From the NCBI GenBank assembly GCA_037130365.1, contig JBAXTE010000015.1, positions 4,242 to 68,241 of the forward strand: a DNA stretch of 64,000 bases, in the 5' to 3' direction. This stretch comes from Bacteroidota bacterium (GTDB lineage Bacteria; Bacteroidota; Bacteroidia; Bacteroidales; WCHB1-69). The notes under the pieces were generated by a model. It ran no database searches, was not told the DNA's origin, and saw nothing but the letters and a program-made list of their open reading frames with translations. Every line of letters begins with the position of its first letter. Within the stretch, counting starts at the first letter, position 1. Positions 20,101 through 30,679 of this stretch are shown piece after piece. The translations under genes were made by a program, and so were the position numbers.

Positions 20101-20150
20101 TATTAAAGTTATTAAGTGATGAATTTATTAAAGTTATTAAGTGATGAATT
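20101..20150. repeat. perfect 25-bp tandem duplication (TATTAAAGTTATTAAGTGATGAATT x2)
   Basis: Read directly. Lies in the 75-bp spacer between the dehydratase-like gene and the PAS gene. Confidence 0.9.
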
Positions 20151-20163
20151 TATAAAAGTATAT

Positions 20164-21492
20164 TTAGAAATCTAAAAAATCGTTGATTTTTTTTAATATT
20201 ATATCTTCCTTTTCATATATTTCTAAATAATTTGTCTGCAAAGTCATGGATGGTGTTCCGCTTTCATTCAATAATTGGGCAATTTTATTTATTTTATATA
20301 TCATGTTTGGGCAATTATTAAACGAATAATTTATAACTGCATCAACATTGAAATCTTTTATTATTTGGATTATTTTCTCGAGGTCAAAATCTTTGAAACA
20401 GGAGCATTTTGTTTTATCAATATTGTCCATAATATATTTAACTGATATCTCAATTGGCAAATTAACGTCATCTACAGTTTCAATTAATTTATCAATATTA
20501 TAGTTAATATTTGAAATTCCCATGCAAGTTTCTTCATAAACAATTATTGCATTGTTGTTTTCTATTAACCGAAAAATTTCGGTAAAAGGAGGCATAATCC
20601 GAGGAGTAATTAATAAAATTCTCTTCTTTTTGTTTGTCGGATTAAATCCAATATTTTTACTTTTGTTTTGAAGAAGTTCCTCTTTTAGCGTTTTAAGTGC
20701 GGAGAGTAACTTGTATGGTTCTTCTACTAGGAAAAGTTGTTGAATCCATAAGCTATTTCTTCCATTAATTGGAGGGTTTAGCTCTTTTCTTAAATTAGAA
20801 ATTTCCATATAAATTGCTCTCATTTCTGAAAACAAAGAACTATACTCAATCAGTTTTGCTCTGTTAAACCCTTTATTTTGAGTTGTTTTGTTAATCCAAT
20901 CTCGAAAACTTAAATGATTTACATCTAAATTATTATGATCAGTTTGATTCGATTCTGTGCAAAATGTTTCGAAATCCGTGGTGCTTTTTTGAATAATTGT
21001 AGCTGACTTTTTAATGCAACTGCACAAATCCGAGCCTATTACATAATCTGAAACATTGAAAAATACACACATTCCAGAATTTTGAAATCCAAGCATTGAA
21101 CGAGATAGTGAACACATGTCTTTTGCGCTTTCATCAGCATATTGTTCCACTTCACCACCTCCCATACACACGGTAACTGGAATAAATCCATCAACTGCAT
21201 AAATAAGTTCTGGTGGTATTGAATTACAAAGCAATGATACAATGTGATTTCCTTCTCTTCTATATTTGAATAAGTCCTTAACTCTTTGACCATGCATTTC
21301 ATTCATCATAGAATCAAATTGACTCATTGATGCTGGCCTATTTTCTTCGATTACCATTTCACTTACAAAGCGAATAAGTTTGTTTTTTAACTCGCTGTTT
21401 AAACGCATTTGTTCCTGACGAGGAATAAATTTTGCTGTGTTTTTATTAAAGGCAACTTCCGTAATAATGTTTGAGTTTTCGAAATTATCCAT
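20164..21492 (-). CDS. 2-hydroxyacyl-CoA dehydratase / BcrC-BadD-HgdB family protein (tentative)
   Basis: 442 aa. Cys-containing segments (LLCNSIPPELIYA.., ..DLCSCIK.., ..MGISN..) and overall length resemble the HgdB/BadD family. Called by eye only. Confidence 0.5.
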   Translation of the reverse strand: MDNFENSNIITEVAFNKNTAKFIPRQEQMRLNSELKNKLIRFVSEMVIEENRPASMSQFDSMMNEMHGQRVKDLFKYRREGNHIVSLLCNSIPPELIYAVDGFIPVTVCMGGGEVEQYADESAKDMCSLSRSMLGFQNSGMCVFFNVSDYVIGSDLCSCIKKSATIIQKSTTDFETFCTESNQTDHNNLDVNHLSFRDWINKTTQNKGFNRAKLIEYSSLFSEMRAIYMEISNLRKELNPPINGRNSLWIQQLFLVEEPYKLLSALKTLKEELLQNKSKNIGFNPTNKKKRILLITPRIMPPFTEIFRLIENNNAIIVYEETCMGISNINYNIDKLIETVDDVNLPIEISVKYIMDNIDKTKCSCFKDFDLEKIIQIIKDFNVDAVINYSFNNCPNMIYKINKIAQLLNESGTPSMTLQTNYLEIYEKEDIILKKINDFLDF

Positions 21493-21535
21493 ATAAATTT
21501 TGATTTATTAAGATTAGACTATCATATTTACTTTA

Positions 21536-23218
21536 TCATAATTTTCTTTGACCAAAAGGTGCAACTTCTTCTGGATCTATCACGATATCAATTACTACTG
21601 GCTTGTTTAGGGTTAACGCTTCTGTAAATACCTTTTGTAATTCGTTTGGATTTTCTACACGGTATCCTTTTACATTATATGCTTCAGCTACTTTCAAAAA
21701 ATTAGTTTTACTCAGTGTAACCCCAATGGTCCTATTAAACATTTTCTTTAATGATTTTTCGGGCATGTTATATTTTGAATCATTTAGTATTACCCAAATC
21801 ACGGCGATGTTAAACTGTTCTGCTGTAACTATTTCATTTCCATTCATCAAAAATGAGCCATCACCACAAATGCAAATTACTGGATTATTTGGCTTTCCTA
21901 ACTTTACTCCAATCGAAGAACATATAGATGCTCCCATTGCGCCTAACCCAATTGCTGGATAAAAACCTCCGTTTTTGCAAATTGGCAGATAATGCATTGC
22001 CCAAGCCCAATGCGATCCAGAATCTGCGAGAAATATTGTATTATCAGGAGCAATATTTGCCAACTCATTCATTACTCGTTGTGGCTTAATTGGAATGCTA
22101 GAATTATCCAATAAATGAGAATTAAAATATTTTATGGTTGATTTTATCTGCTTTTCAATTTCTAATCCTGAATTTTTAATATTGATGTTTGATTTGTCAA
22201 TTATGTCTTTTAAATGATGAATAATTACTTTTGCATCTCCAACTAGACCTATCGCTACGGGGTAATTTTTTCCAATTTCTCGACTATCGATATCAATTTG
22301 AATTATATTTTTGTCTTTCAAAAAACGTTTGTCCCAATTAAAGGATGTAAACTCACCAAAACTGGTTCCCACTGCTATGATTAAATCGGACTCTTCAAAA
22401 ATATAATCTGCAGCAATTTGATGACCACAAACACCCATAATGCCAAGACATAATGGATGATTTGTTGGAATTGCGCCTTTTCCTTGAAGAGTGGTTGCAA
22501 TTGGGATTTTTAATTTCTCGGCTATGTGAATGATCTCAATATTTGCTCCAGAAAGTACTCCGCCCCATCCAATTAGAAAAACTGGTTTACTAGCAGACTT
22601 AATATAATTCAAAGTTTCATTAATACTTGAATTGTCAAAAAACAATGAACTTAACAGAGGCTTTTCAACATTGACTTTATGGTTATACTCAATTTCTTCA
22701 AGCTGTATGTTAAAGGGAATACTAACATGCACAGGACCCATTCTGCCAGAGGTCGCACTTTTGATAGCATATCTTAATGCATCTACCACCATTTCTGCAG
22801 TAATAATTGAAAAACTTTCTTTTGTAATTGGTTTGAAAAAATCAACAGTGTTAATTGATTGTCCAAATCCAGTAGACTCCTGAAACGCACCTTTAATGTA
22901 CTCAAACGTTGATATTTGCCCCGTTATAACTAATAAAGGAATTGAATTCATGTATGCCGTTGCAACGCCAGTTGCTAAGTTTGTTGAGCCACCTGCCGTG
23001 GTTCCACAACACACTCCAATATTGCTACTCCCTTGCGCATATCCATAAGCCATTAGTGCGGCTCCACTTTCATGTTTTGAGGAAATAAAATCAATACTTT
23101 CATAATCAAGAATAGCGTCAATTAGTGGAGAAATTGCTTTTCCTGTTATCCCAAATATATATTTAATATTTTCTTCTAATAATAGTTCAATGATAACATT
23201 TGAAACTCTTTTTTTCAT
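21536..23218 (-). CDS. thiamine pyrophosphate-dependent enzyme (acetolactate synthase-like family)
   Basis: 560 aa. N-terminal Pyr domain (..IFGITGKAISPLIDA...HESGAALMAYGYA). C-terminal TPP motif 'GDGSFLMNGNEIVTAEQFNIAVIWVILND'. Confidence 0.85.
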   Translation of the reverse strand: MKKRVSNVIIELLLEENIKYIFGITGKAISPLIDAILDYESIDFISSKHESGAALMAYGYAQGSSNIGVCCGTTAGGSTNLATGVATAYMNSIPLLVITGQISTFEYIKGAFQESTGFGQSINTVDFFKPITKESFSIITAEMVVDALRYAIKSATSGRMGPVHVSIPFNIQLEEIEYNHKVNVEKPLLSSLFFDNSSINETLNYIKSASKPVFLIGWGGVLSGANIEIIHIAEKLKIPIATTLQGKGAIPTNHPLCLGIMGVCGHQIAADYIFEESDLIIAVGTSFGEFTSFNWDKRFLKDKNIIQIDIDSREIGKNYPVAIGLVGDAKVIIHHLKDIIDKSNINIKNSGLEIEKQIKSTIKYFNSHLLDNSSIPIKPQRVMNELANIAPDNTIFLADSGSHWAWAMHYLPICKNGGFYPAIGLGAMGASICSSIGVKLGKPNNPVICICGDGSFLMNGNEIVTAEQFNIAVIWVILNDSKYNMPEKSLKKMFNRTIGVTLSKTNFLKVAEAYNVKGYRVENPNELQKVFTEALTLNKPVVIDIVIDPEEVAPFGQRKL

Positions 23219-24010
23219 TTATTATAGGTTAATTAGTATTATTCGAGTAATGATAGCTGTTGATTCTGAGAGACTAACGCGAAGCAAAGTTTTGAGATTT
23301 GTATATTATAGCGTGAGAAAATTTAATACATAGATATTTTTTTTCAAATTTAGATAAATTTTTTACATTTAAAAAGAAAAAAAAGATTTTTTTTTGCTAT
23401 TTTGGATTTTTGATGGATTTTGGTATAAAAAATTATTATAAGTACAAAATCTTTTTTTTGAAAACGGTCTTCAATTAGTCCATATATTATTGGTTGTAAT
23501 CGTGTATTATATTGATAAATAGTTGTTTAGTGATTTGATTTTCAAAATTTTAAAATGAATAATTTTTTCATTGTTTAAAAATGGGGAATTTTTAGAAATA
23601 TTTATTTTTAATTATCAGAATCGTAACTTTTTCAACTTATTAAAAATGCTACGGTACTTGGATATATTATCGATGATTAAAATGTAAAAATTTTCACTAG
23701 TCAACTTTTGAAAATCAAGTTTTAAAAGCATAATTATTTTTGCTTCAACTTGATTTATCATGATAGATTTGGGTGTTGAAAAATAATTGACGAATTGAAT
23801 ATTTGGTTTAATTGAAAGTGATACAATACCAATGAAGGGTTTAATTTTTCCAATGATAGATTACACTTTCATAGATATTGGACTATCATTGATTTATTTA
23901 GGTACAATATATTTGTATGGTCAAGGTGAGTAGTAATAATGAAAAAATCACACAATTTTATCCAAAATGAATTTCAGATATCATGTGTGATTTATATTTG
24001 AAAGAAAATA

Positions 24011-25228
24011 TTATTTCAATTTTTTAGCTAACAACAAGTTTGATTTTGCGGCATATCCAATTCTAAAATTTAGCTTTTTAATTTTTGCTGTTGAATCTTT
24101 ATAAGCTGATACAAGTTCATTTTCGAGACATTTTTCAAATAATTGAATTGGTTTGATATAGCTTCCGTATAGCTGTATGTCCCATTTTTTTGAATCGAAG
24201 AACTTATATGGAATTCCTGAATCATCTTGTAAGTGGTACAATGACTTGCTAAGCAACGTATTGCGAATTGTTGAAAATGCACTTTTATGCATTAAGTAAG
24301 ATGCTGATTTTACATAAGTAGCAATATTTCCATCCATTTTATCAAAAAATGCCAACATCTGCTTGTTTTCCGATAAAGTACCATCAGCTAAATTTGTAGA
24401 AAAATAAGTGATTTGACGCAACTCATTACTTCCTTTGTTGCAATAATAAAAGCGAACTCCACGGTTGTTGAATCGCTTGACATCCTTAAAACTATTTTTA
24501 ACTATGATATCACCATTATCATCGATAGTAACAGGTTCAATTTTTAAAATTTCCTTTCCTTCACGAACCAAAAACAACATGATAATGGGAGTAGTGCCAT
24601 CAATGTCTGTATTTGCTAATTCAACTTTCATCCTTTTTGTCATAAAAAAGCTGAACTTAATCACTTCGTTTATTGATCGTTTGTATTTTTCAAAAATTGT
24701 ATCTAGTTGAATTTCACTTAAGTCCTTATAAACTGGAATAGAACCAACTGGCTCTAAACCTATCATATATACCTCTTTTGTTTGAGGAAAGAATATTTCT
24801 GGAAATAATACATCGGGACCGCTAAATGGATATATTAGTTTAAAACACGACGACTGTAATTCTTTTAGTTCGCTAACGCCCCATTTTCTGGCAACTTCAT
24901 TTTTTGTAAAAAAACTACTCCAAGCTGAGTTGGCTTGATTTGCATAGCTTTGCCAAATTTTAGATTTCGTGTATTTTTTTAATTTACTACCATTACTAAC
25001 GGTCATTCCTGAGATAAAACGCGACAAGTCATTAATCTCCGTTACTTTAGCAGAGTCAATGCCTAGAGCGGTATAATCAACCAGTGTTCCGATAGCCTTA
25101 GTTGTATCAACACTTTTGGGTTTAACCACTGTGGAGTCTTTTGTTTGTGATGGTGCTTTTTTGTCATTACTTTGAGTGCATGACATAAAAAGAATTAAGC
25201 CCATGATAACTAGAAGTATGTTTCTCAT
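24011..25228 (-). CDS. hypothetical lipoprotein
   Basis: 405 aa with lipoprotein signal MRNILLVIMGLILFMSC. No recognised catalytic motif. Confidence 0.55.
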   Translation of the reverse strand: MRNILLVIMGLILFMSCTQSNDKKAPSQTKDSTVVKPKSVDTTKAIGTLVDYTALGIDSAKVTEINDLSRFISGMTVSNGSKLKKYTKSKIWQSYANQANSAWSSFFTKNEVARKWGVSELKELQSSCFKLIYPFSGPDVLFPEIFFPQTKEVYMIGLEPVGSIPVYKDLSEIQLDTIFEKYKRSINEVIKFSFFMTKRMKVELANTDIDGTTPIIMLFLVREGKEILKIEPVTIDDNGDIIVKNSFKDVKRFNNRGVRFYYCNKGSNELRQITYFSTNLADGTLSENKQMLAFFDKMDGNIATYVKSASYLMHKSAFSTIRNTLLSKSLYHLQDDSGIPYKFFDSKKWDIQLYGSYIKPIQLFEKCLENELVSAYKDSTAKIKKLNFRIGYAAKSNLLLAKKLK

Positions 25229-25238
25229 AAATGAATAT

Positions 25239-26579
25239 TTATTGTTTAGTTTTTAATTGATTTTTTTTATACAAAAGTTGATTGATTAAATAGAAAATAA
25301 GTCCTAAAGCCACTGTAACCAATCCCCATAACGATTCGGTGGTTTTGAAAATTAAGAGATACACTGAAATCCAAGTAACGATAATTCCAAATATTATTGG
25401 AACAATAGGATAGCCCCATGTTTTATATGGTCGCTCGATGTTTGGAAATTTATATCGATGCACAAAAATGCCTAAAACAGCAAGTAATGTAAATAGATTT
25501 AATGTGAACCCAGCATACGTAATAACTTCATCAAACTTGGATGTTAAAATAAGGATAAAGCTAATTAAAAATTGAAACCAAATGGCTACAATTGGTGTTT
25601 TAAGACGACCTTGAAAGGAGAGAAATTTTAATATTGAATAATCTTCACCCATCGTTTTGGATACTCTAGGTCCTACAAAAACCATTGCACTAATGGTAGA
25701 AATTAAAAGAATACTAATTACTCCACCCATTATTGTTCCACCAATATTTCCAAAAATATATTTTGCTGAGATTAACCCAACTTCAGGATTTCCCATCAAT
25801 TCAACTTTTGGAGCTGCATACAAAAAGACAAAGTTCAGTCCTAAGTATAAAACAGTTACAAATAAAGTACTTATGAAAAGTGATTTTGGAAGGTTCTTCT
25901 GAGGGTTTTTGATTTCACCAGCGATATACCCTGCAGCATTCCATCCCGAAAAGGCATAGGTTACAAAAACCAATGAAACAGCAAATGCAGGTGAAAATAT
26001 GGATGAAAAACTAAATGATTGAAAATCTGTAATAAGTGGTTGAGATTCAGGCGTTAAAAATATTCCACATATAATTAAGATTACGATAAAAAGTACTTTG
26101 AAAATAGTGAAAAAATTTTGAAAACCTTTTCCAACTGCTACACTAAAACTATGGATTAAGGTGATAACAGTGAGAATAATAATAGCAAAAAGTATTGCAT
26201 TTATTTCAGGAAAAATTGAACAAACATAAGCCGCCATAGCCATACATGCAGCTGCAACTGGAGCAGAAAAACCAACGGTAATCGAAACCCAACCAGATAA
26301 AAACCCAACTGAAGGATGATAAATTTTAGATAAATAATGATATTCTCCTCCCGATCGTGGCATTGCGGAGCCAAGTTCTCCATATACAAGTGCTCCAAAA
26401 AATGCAATTATGCCACCTACTAGCCAAAGAGCTAAAACTGAAAAAATATTTGAAACGCCACCACCCAATTGAAATCCTAGCGAAGTAAAAACCCCTGTAC
26501 CCACCATATTGGCAATTACAAAGGAAATTACGGAGAATAAACCCAATTTTGATTTTGCGTTTTCTAACTTCATTGTCAA
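25239..26579 (-). CDS. APC-superfamily amino acid permease
   Basis: 446 aa with ~12 TM helices. 'GTGVFTSLG' and 'GELGSAMPRSGGEYHYL' are typical of APC transporters. A TAAATTTG box lies at 26591-26598 on the minus strand. Confidence 0.85.
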   Translation of the reverse strand: MTMKLENAKSKLGLFSVISFVIANMVGTGVFTSLGFQLGGGVSNIFSVLALWLVGGIIAFFGALVYGELGSAMPRSGGEYHYLSKIYHPSVGFLSGWVSITVGFSAPVAAACMAMAAYVCSIFPEINAILFAIIILTVITLIHSFSVAVGKGFQNFFTIFKVLFIVILIICGIFLTPESQPLITDFQSFSFSSIFSPAFAVSLVFVTYAFSGWNAAGYIAGEIKNPQKNLPKSLFISTLFVTVLYLGLNFVFLYAAPKVELMGNPEVGLISAKYIFGNIGGTIMGGVISILLISTISAMVFVGPRVSKTMGEDYSILKFLSFQGRLKTPIVAIWFQFLISFILILTSKFDEVITYAGFTLNLFTLLAVLGIFVHRYKFPNIERPYKTWGYPIVPIIFGIIVTWISVYLLIFKTTESLWGLVTVALGLIFYLINQLLYKKNQLKTKQ

Positions 26580-26678
26580 ATTTTAAGGTGCAAATTTACA
26601 ACGTTTTATTTGAATTTTTAATCGATAGTGAAAATTATTTATCCATAAAATTACCTAATTTTTGCAAATTTAGGATGA

Positions 26679-28094
26679 TTATAATGAGTTTACAACATCA
26701 CTTACTTTATTAATTTCCACAAAGGATGGGCCCACTTGTCTGCCGAAATTTCCAGCTAATATCACAATCAAATCATCCATACAGAGCTCTTTTTGAGATA
26801 ATAGTTTGGATAAAGTGGCATGTCTAAAATCTGTTTTAGAAAGTTCAATATCCATGTAATCTGCCATAACACCATATACAATTCCTAATTCTCGCTTTGT
26901 TCGACGATCGTAGCACTGAGCAAAAATTGGTTTATTTCCTCTAAATGCAGAAAGGTATCGGGCTGTTTTACCTGTGTGTGTATCGCAAATAATGACTTTT
27001 ACATTTAATTTTTCAATAGCCTTTACCGCTGTTTGAGCTAAAAATCCTGATATTTCATTGTCGATTGGGAGGATGTTCTTATCACGAATAAATCCTTTGT
27101 TTTTTTCAACTTCTAATGCAGTTCGTGTCATATAACTTACCGCTTCAAGTGGATATTTCCCATATGCCGTTTCACCGCTCAACATTATTGCATCGGCACC
27201 CGAATATACTGCGTTAGCAATATCTGCAATTTCGGCTCGAGTAGGTCGGGGGTTTTCAATCATGGAATGCAACATTTGAGTTGCTACAATTACAACTTTT
27301 CGGCTATGAATGCACTTGTTAATAATCATTCGTTGAATAACTGGAATCTTTTCTGCAGCAATTTCAACAGCTAAATCGCCACGGGCAATCATAATCCCAT
27401 AGACTAATGGAAGAATTTCATCAATATTGTCCACTCCGTCTTGGTTTTCGATTTTGGCAATAATTTTAGTTCGAGCGCCGTATTTATCAATTTCTGCTTG
27501 AAGTGCCTGAATATCTTCCTTATTTCGAACAAAAGAGTGCGCAATAAATGCGATATCATGATCTGCTGCAAATTTAATATACTCTTTATCTTTTGGATTT
27601 AACGATGGAAGATTAAGCTCCACTCCGGGCACATTTACACTTTTTTTTGGCTTAATAGTGCCATTATTTTCAACTCTGCAGATTAAGTGAGAAGCATGAT
27701 GCTCAAGTACAGTTAGCTCCAATTCTCCATCGTCAATCAATATTTTATTGCCAAGAGACATGTGTTTACAGAAATCAACATAATTAACATACATGATGTT
27801 GGGCTGGTTTTCCAAATCAGATTCATTGCTAACATTAATCAGGTCTCCTGCACTTACGTCAAAGGGTACCATTGTTTTAGATGTTCGCACTTCAGGTCCT
27901 TTGGTGTCAATTATTATTGGAATCTCGTCAGAAACAGCTCTAATATTGTTTACAACATTAACCGCTTTAACAATGTCTTGATGCGCTGTATTAATTCGAA
28001 CGGCACTCATTCCAGCATCTTTAAGTGCTTTAATAAATTCGGGATCACATCTAAAGTCGGCAATAGTTGTAATAATTTTTGTAAGTTTTTCCAT
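26679..28094 (-). CDS. pyk: pyruvate kinase
   Basis: 471 aa. TKIITTIADF..., 'VRINTAH', 'IIAKIENQDGVDNIDEI', 'IMIARGDLAVEI', 'MLSGETA'. Confidence 0.95.
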   Translation of the reverse strand: MEKLTKIITTIADFRCDPEFIKALKDAGMSAVRINTAHQDIVKAVNVVNNIRAVSDEIPIIIDTKGPEVRTSKTMVPFDVSAGDLINVSNESDLENQPNIMYVNYVDFCKHMSLGNKILIDDGELELTVLEHHASHLICRVENNGTIKPKKSVNVPGVELNLPSLNPKDKEYIKFAADHDIAFIAHSFVRNKEDIQALQAEIDKYGARTKIIAKIENQDGVDNIDEILPLVYGIMIARGDLAVEIAAEKIPVIQRMIINKCIHSRKVVIVATQMLHSMIENPRPTRAEIADIANAVYSGADAIMLSGETAYGKYPLEAVSYMTRTALEVEKNKGFIRDKNILPIDNEISGFLAQTAVKAIEKLNVKVIICDTHTGKTARYLSAFRGNKPIFAQCYDRRTKRELGIVYGVMADYMDIELSKTDFRHATLSKLLSQKELCMDDLIVILAGNFGRQVGPSFVEINKVSDVVNSL

Positions 28095-28105
28095 GTTATT
28101 ATTAT

Positions 28106-29107
28106 TTATACAAGAATATCACAAAGTTTTTTTAGTTCAAGTGCTTGTGGTTTTCCTTGGTATAAGATGTTGTAAATTGTTTCAATTATAGGGATTGAGG
28201 CACCATAATTTTTATTAATTTCATGAATACAACGAGTTGCATAATAGCCTTCAGCAACCATATTCATCTCAAGTTGAACCGTTGCCACTGAATACCCTTG
28301 ACCAATCATATTTCCAAAAGTTCGATTGCGACTAAATTGAGAATATGCAGTTACTAATAAATCTCCCAAATAAACTGAATCATATAATGTACGGTCGATA
28401 GGGTGAATGGTGCCAATAAAATGTTTCATCTCTTTTGCACAATTGGCAATAAAAGCGGCCATAAAGTTGTCGCCATATCCCAACCCTTTATATATTCCAC
28501 ATCCTAGCGCATAGATGTTTTTTAAAACTGCAGCATATTCGGTTCCGAAAATATCATCAGATGTAGAGGCTTTTACATAATTACAACGGAAAATATTTGC
28601 AACTGATTCCGCCAGATCTTTATTTTGCGAAGCACTTGTTAGATAAGTGAGTTTTTCTAAAGCAATTTCTTCTGCATGAGATGGACCACTGATTATCCCT
28701 ATATTATTGATACTAATTTTAAACTCAGACATTAGATAATCGGCAACAATTTCCATTTTCTCTGGAACTATTCCTTTTACAGCAGAAATTATTTTTTTAT
28801 TTGCAAGCATTGCGGGCTGAATATTTTGCAAAGAGTGATGGATGAAAGCTGCTGGAATTACCAAAATTATGTAATCCGATTTTTCGATTACCTTTTTAAT
28901 ATCAGTATAAACCTTGATTTTTTTGGTGTCAATTTTAGTAGAACTTAGATATTGAGTGTTAACTCCTGTTTGAGTGACTGATTCTGCAATTTCATCTTCT
29001 CTGATCCACCAATAAATAGGTTGTGTATTTGTAGTGAGGATTTTAACAATGGCTGTAGCCCAACTTCCACTGCCTAAAACTCCAATTTTCAATTCGCTTC
29101 GTGCCAT
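28106..29107 (-). CDS. gpsA: NAD(P)H-dependent glycerol-3-phosphate dehydrogenase
   Basis: 333 aa. 'IGVLGSGSWATA' dinucleotide fold and 'GPSHAEE'. A TACCTTTG box lies at 29122-29129 on the minus strand. Confidence 0.9.
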   Translation of the reverse strand: MARSELKIGVLGSGSWATAIVKILTTNTQPIYWWIREDEIAESVTQTGVNTQYLSSTKIDTKKIKVYTDIKKVIEKSDYIILVIPAAFIHHSLQNIQPAMLANKKIISAVKGIVPEKMEIVADYLMSEFKISINNIGIISGPSHAEEIALEKLTYLTSASQNKDLAESVANIFRCNYVKASTSDDIFGTEYAAVLKNIYALGCGIYKGLGYGDNFMAAFIANCAKEMKHFIGTIHPIDRTLYDSVYLGDLLVTAYSQFSRNRTFGNMIGQGYSVATVQLEMNMVAEGYYATRCIHEINKNYGASIPIIETIYNILYQGKPQALELKKLCDILV

Positions 29108-29298
29108 GAACTATTTTTTTGCAAAGGTACGATTTTTTATAGTTCCTTGCTTTCTGAAACCCTATTAAAGTCCCTGGCAAAAATTGTTTTTTTGTTTTTT
29201 TTAACTATTTATCAATATATTCAATTATATCTCTAGGCTAGCAATCCAAATGCTACCTTCCTTTAGCCACTTTTGTCGATAAATCCAAGATTTTTAGC

Positions 29299-29306
29299 TA
29301 CTTTTG
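29299..29306 (+). promoter_or_regulatory. candidate -7 box (TACTTTTG) for the DEAD-box helicase gene
   Basis: Matches TAnnTTTG 19 nt upstream of the ATG at 29325. This argues against the TTG start at 29304 in the ORF track. Confidence 0.4.
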
Positions 29307-29324
29307 CAGAAAAAATATAACTAC

Positions 29325-30665
29325 ATGACAGGTTTTAACGAACTCAACCTCAATAAAGCATTACTCAATGCGATTAATGATTTGGAAATAGATGCCCCAA
29401 CTCCAATTCAGGAACAATCTTTCTCGGTAATTATGTCTGGCAAAGATGTTTTGGGAATTGCTCAGACTGGTACTGGAAAAACTTATGCTTATTTATTGCC
29501 ATGTCTTCGCCAATGGGTATTTACAGGAACTGGAAGTCCTCAAATATTAATTATTGTTCCTACCAGAGAATTGGTTGTTCAAGTAGTTCAAGAGGTTGAA
29601 AAACTCGCTAAGTATATGTCTTTGAAAGTTTTAGGTGTTTATGGTGGCGTAAATATTAATACCCAATCAGATGAAGTTTATAAAGGCATGGATGTTTTGG
29701 TGGCAACACCTGGACGCCTTTTTGATTTAATCATGAGAGGTGTAGTTCGACTTAAATCCATTAAAAAACTGGTTATTGATGAAGTAGATGAAATGCTAGA
29801 TTTAGGATTCCGTCATCAGTTGATTTCCATTTTTGATTTATTGCCTCCAAAACGTCAAAATATTATGTTTTCGGCCACTATGACCAAGGATATTGATATT
29901 ATGATAAAAAAATATTTTACCAGTCCTCAAAAAATTCAAATTACGGATGTTGGCTTGCCCCTCGAAAATATTAATCAAAAAGGGTATCATGTACCCAACT
30001 TTAATACAAAAACAAACCTGCTAGAATTGTTACTTCAAGATGAGGAAATAACCAAAGTTTTAGTTTTTGTTTCTACCAAAAAAACGGCCGATGCTCTATT
30101 TTTGAAGTTGTCATTAAAATTTCCAAATCAATTAGCAGTAATACATTCAAATAAGGCTCAAAATAAGCGTTTTAAAGCTGTTGTTGACTTTAACGAAGGC
30201 GATAACCGAATATTAATTGCAACTGATATTCTTGCTCGTGGTCTCGATTTTTCTGATGTCTCACATGTTATTAATTTTGATATGCCCGATATTCAGGAGG
30301 ATTACATACATAGAATTGGTAGAACAGGTAGAGCGGAGAAAAAAGGCGAATCTATTTCACTTATTGTACCTTCAGAATTGCCTATGCAAGAGGAGATTGA
30401 GAAGTTAATGGCAACAAAAATACCCATGGTTTCCTTGCCAGAAAATTTGGTGATTTCTAATGTGCTTACCGCTGACGAAAAGCCCAAAATTAATATGAAA
30501 AATATCGTGATTAAGCAACCCAAAGTTGAAGAAGTAGGAGCGGCCTTTCACGAAAAATCAGAAAAAAATAAAAAAGTCAACAATAAAATTCGTCGAAAAG
30601 ATCAAATGAGACTAAAATATGGGAAACCAAAATCGCGTGGTGAGAAAAGAGCAAAGAAAGATTAG
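29325..30665 (+). CDS. DEAD-box ATP-dependent RNA helicase
   Basis: Q-motif region (FNELNLNKALLNAI...PTPIQ), 'AQTGTGKT', 'DEVD', 'SAT', 'HRIGRTGRA', and a basic C-terminal tail. Confidence 0.9.
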   Translation: MTGFNELNLNKALLNAINDLEIDAPTPIQEQSFSVIMSGKDVLGIAQTGTGKTYAYLLPCLRQWVFTGTGSPQILIIVPTRELVVQVVQEVEKLAKYMSLKVLGVYGGVNINTQSDEVYKGMDVLVATPGRLFDLIMRGVVRLKSIKKLVIDEVDEMLDLGFRHQLISIFDLLPPKRQNIMFSATMTKDIDIMIKKYFTSPQKIQITDVGLPLENINQKGYHVPNFNTKTNLLELLLQDEEITKVLVFVSTKKTADALFLKLSLKFPNQLAVIHSNKAQNKRFKAVVDFNEGDNRILIATDILARGLDFSDVSHVINFDMPDIQEDYIHRIGRTGRAEKKGESISLIVPSELPMQEEIEKLMATKIPMVSLPENLVISNVLTADEKPKINMKNIVIKQPKVEEVGAAFHEKSEKNKKVNNKIRRKDQMRLKYGKPKSRGEKRAKKD

Positions 30666-30679
30666 TATTATTTGTGAAA

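Noticed and set aside
23219-24010. Hidden protein-coding gene or known riboswitch in the 790-bp gap
   Set aside because: No ORF of 60 aa or more occurs on either strand, and no riboswitch core motif (TPP, cobalamin, SAM, FMN, glycine) is recognisable by eye. It is kept only as an unexplained long leader within the operon finding.
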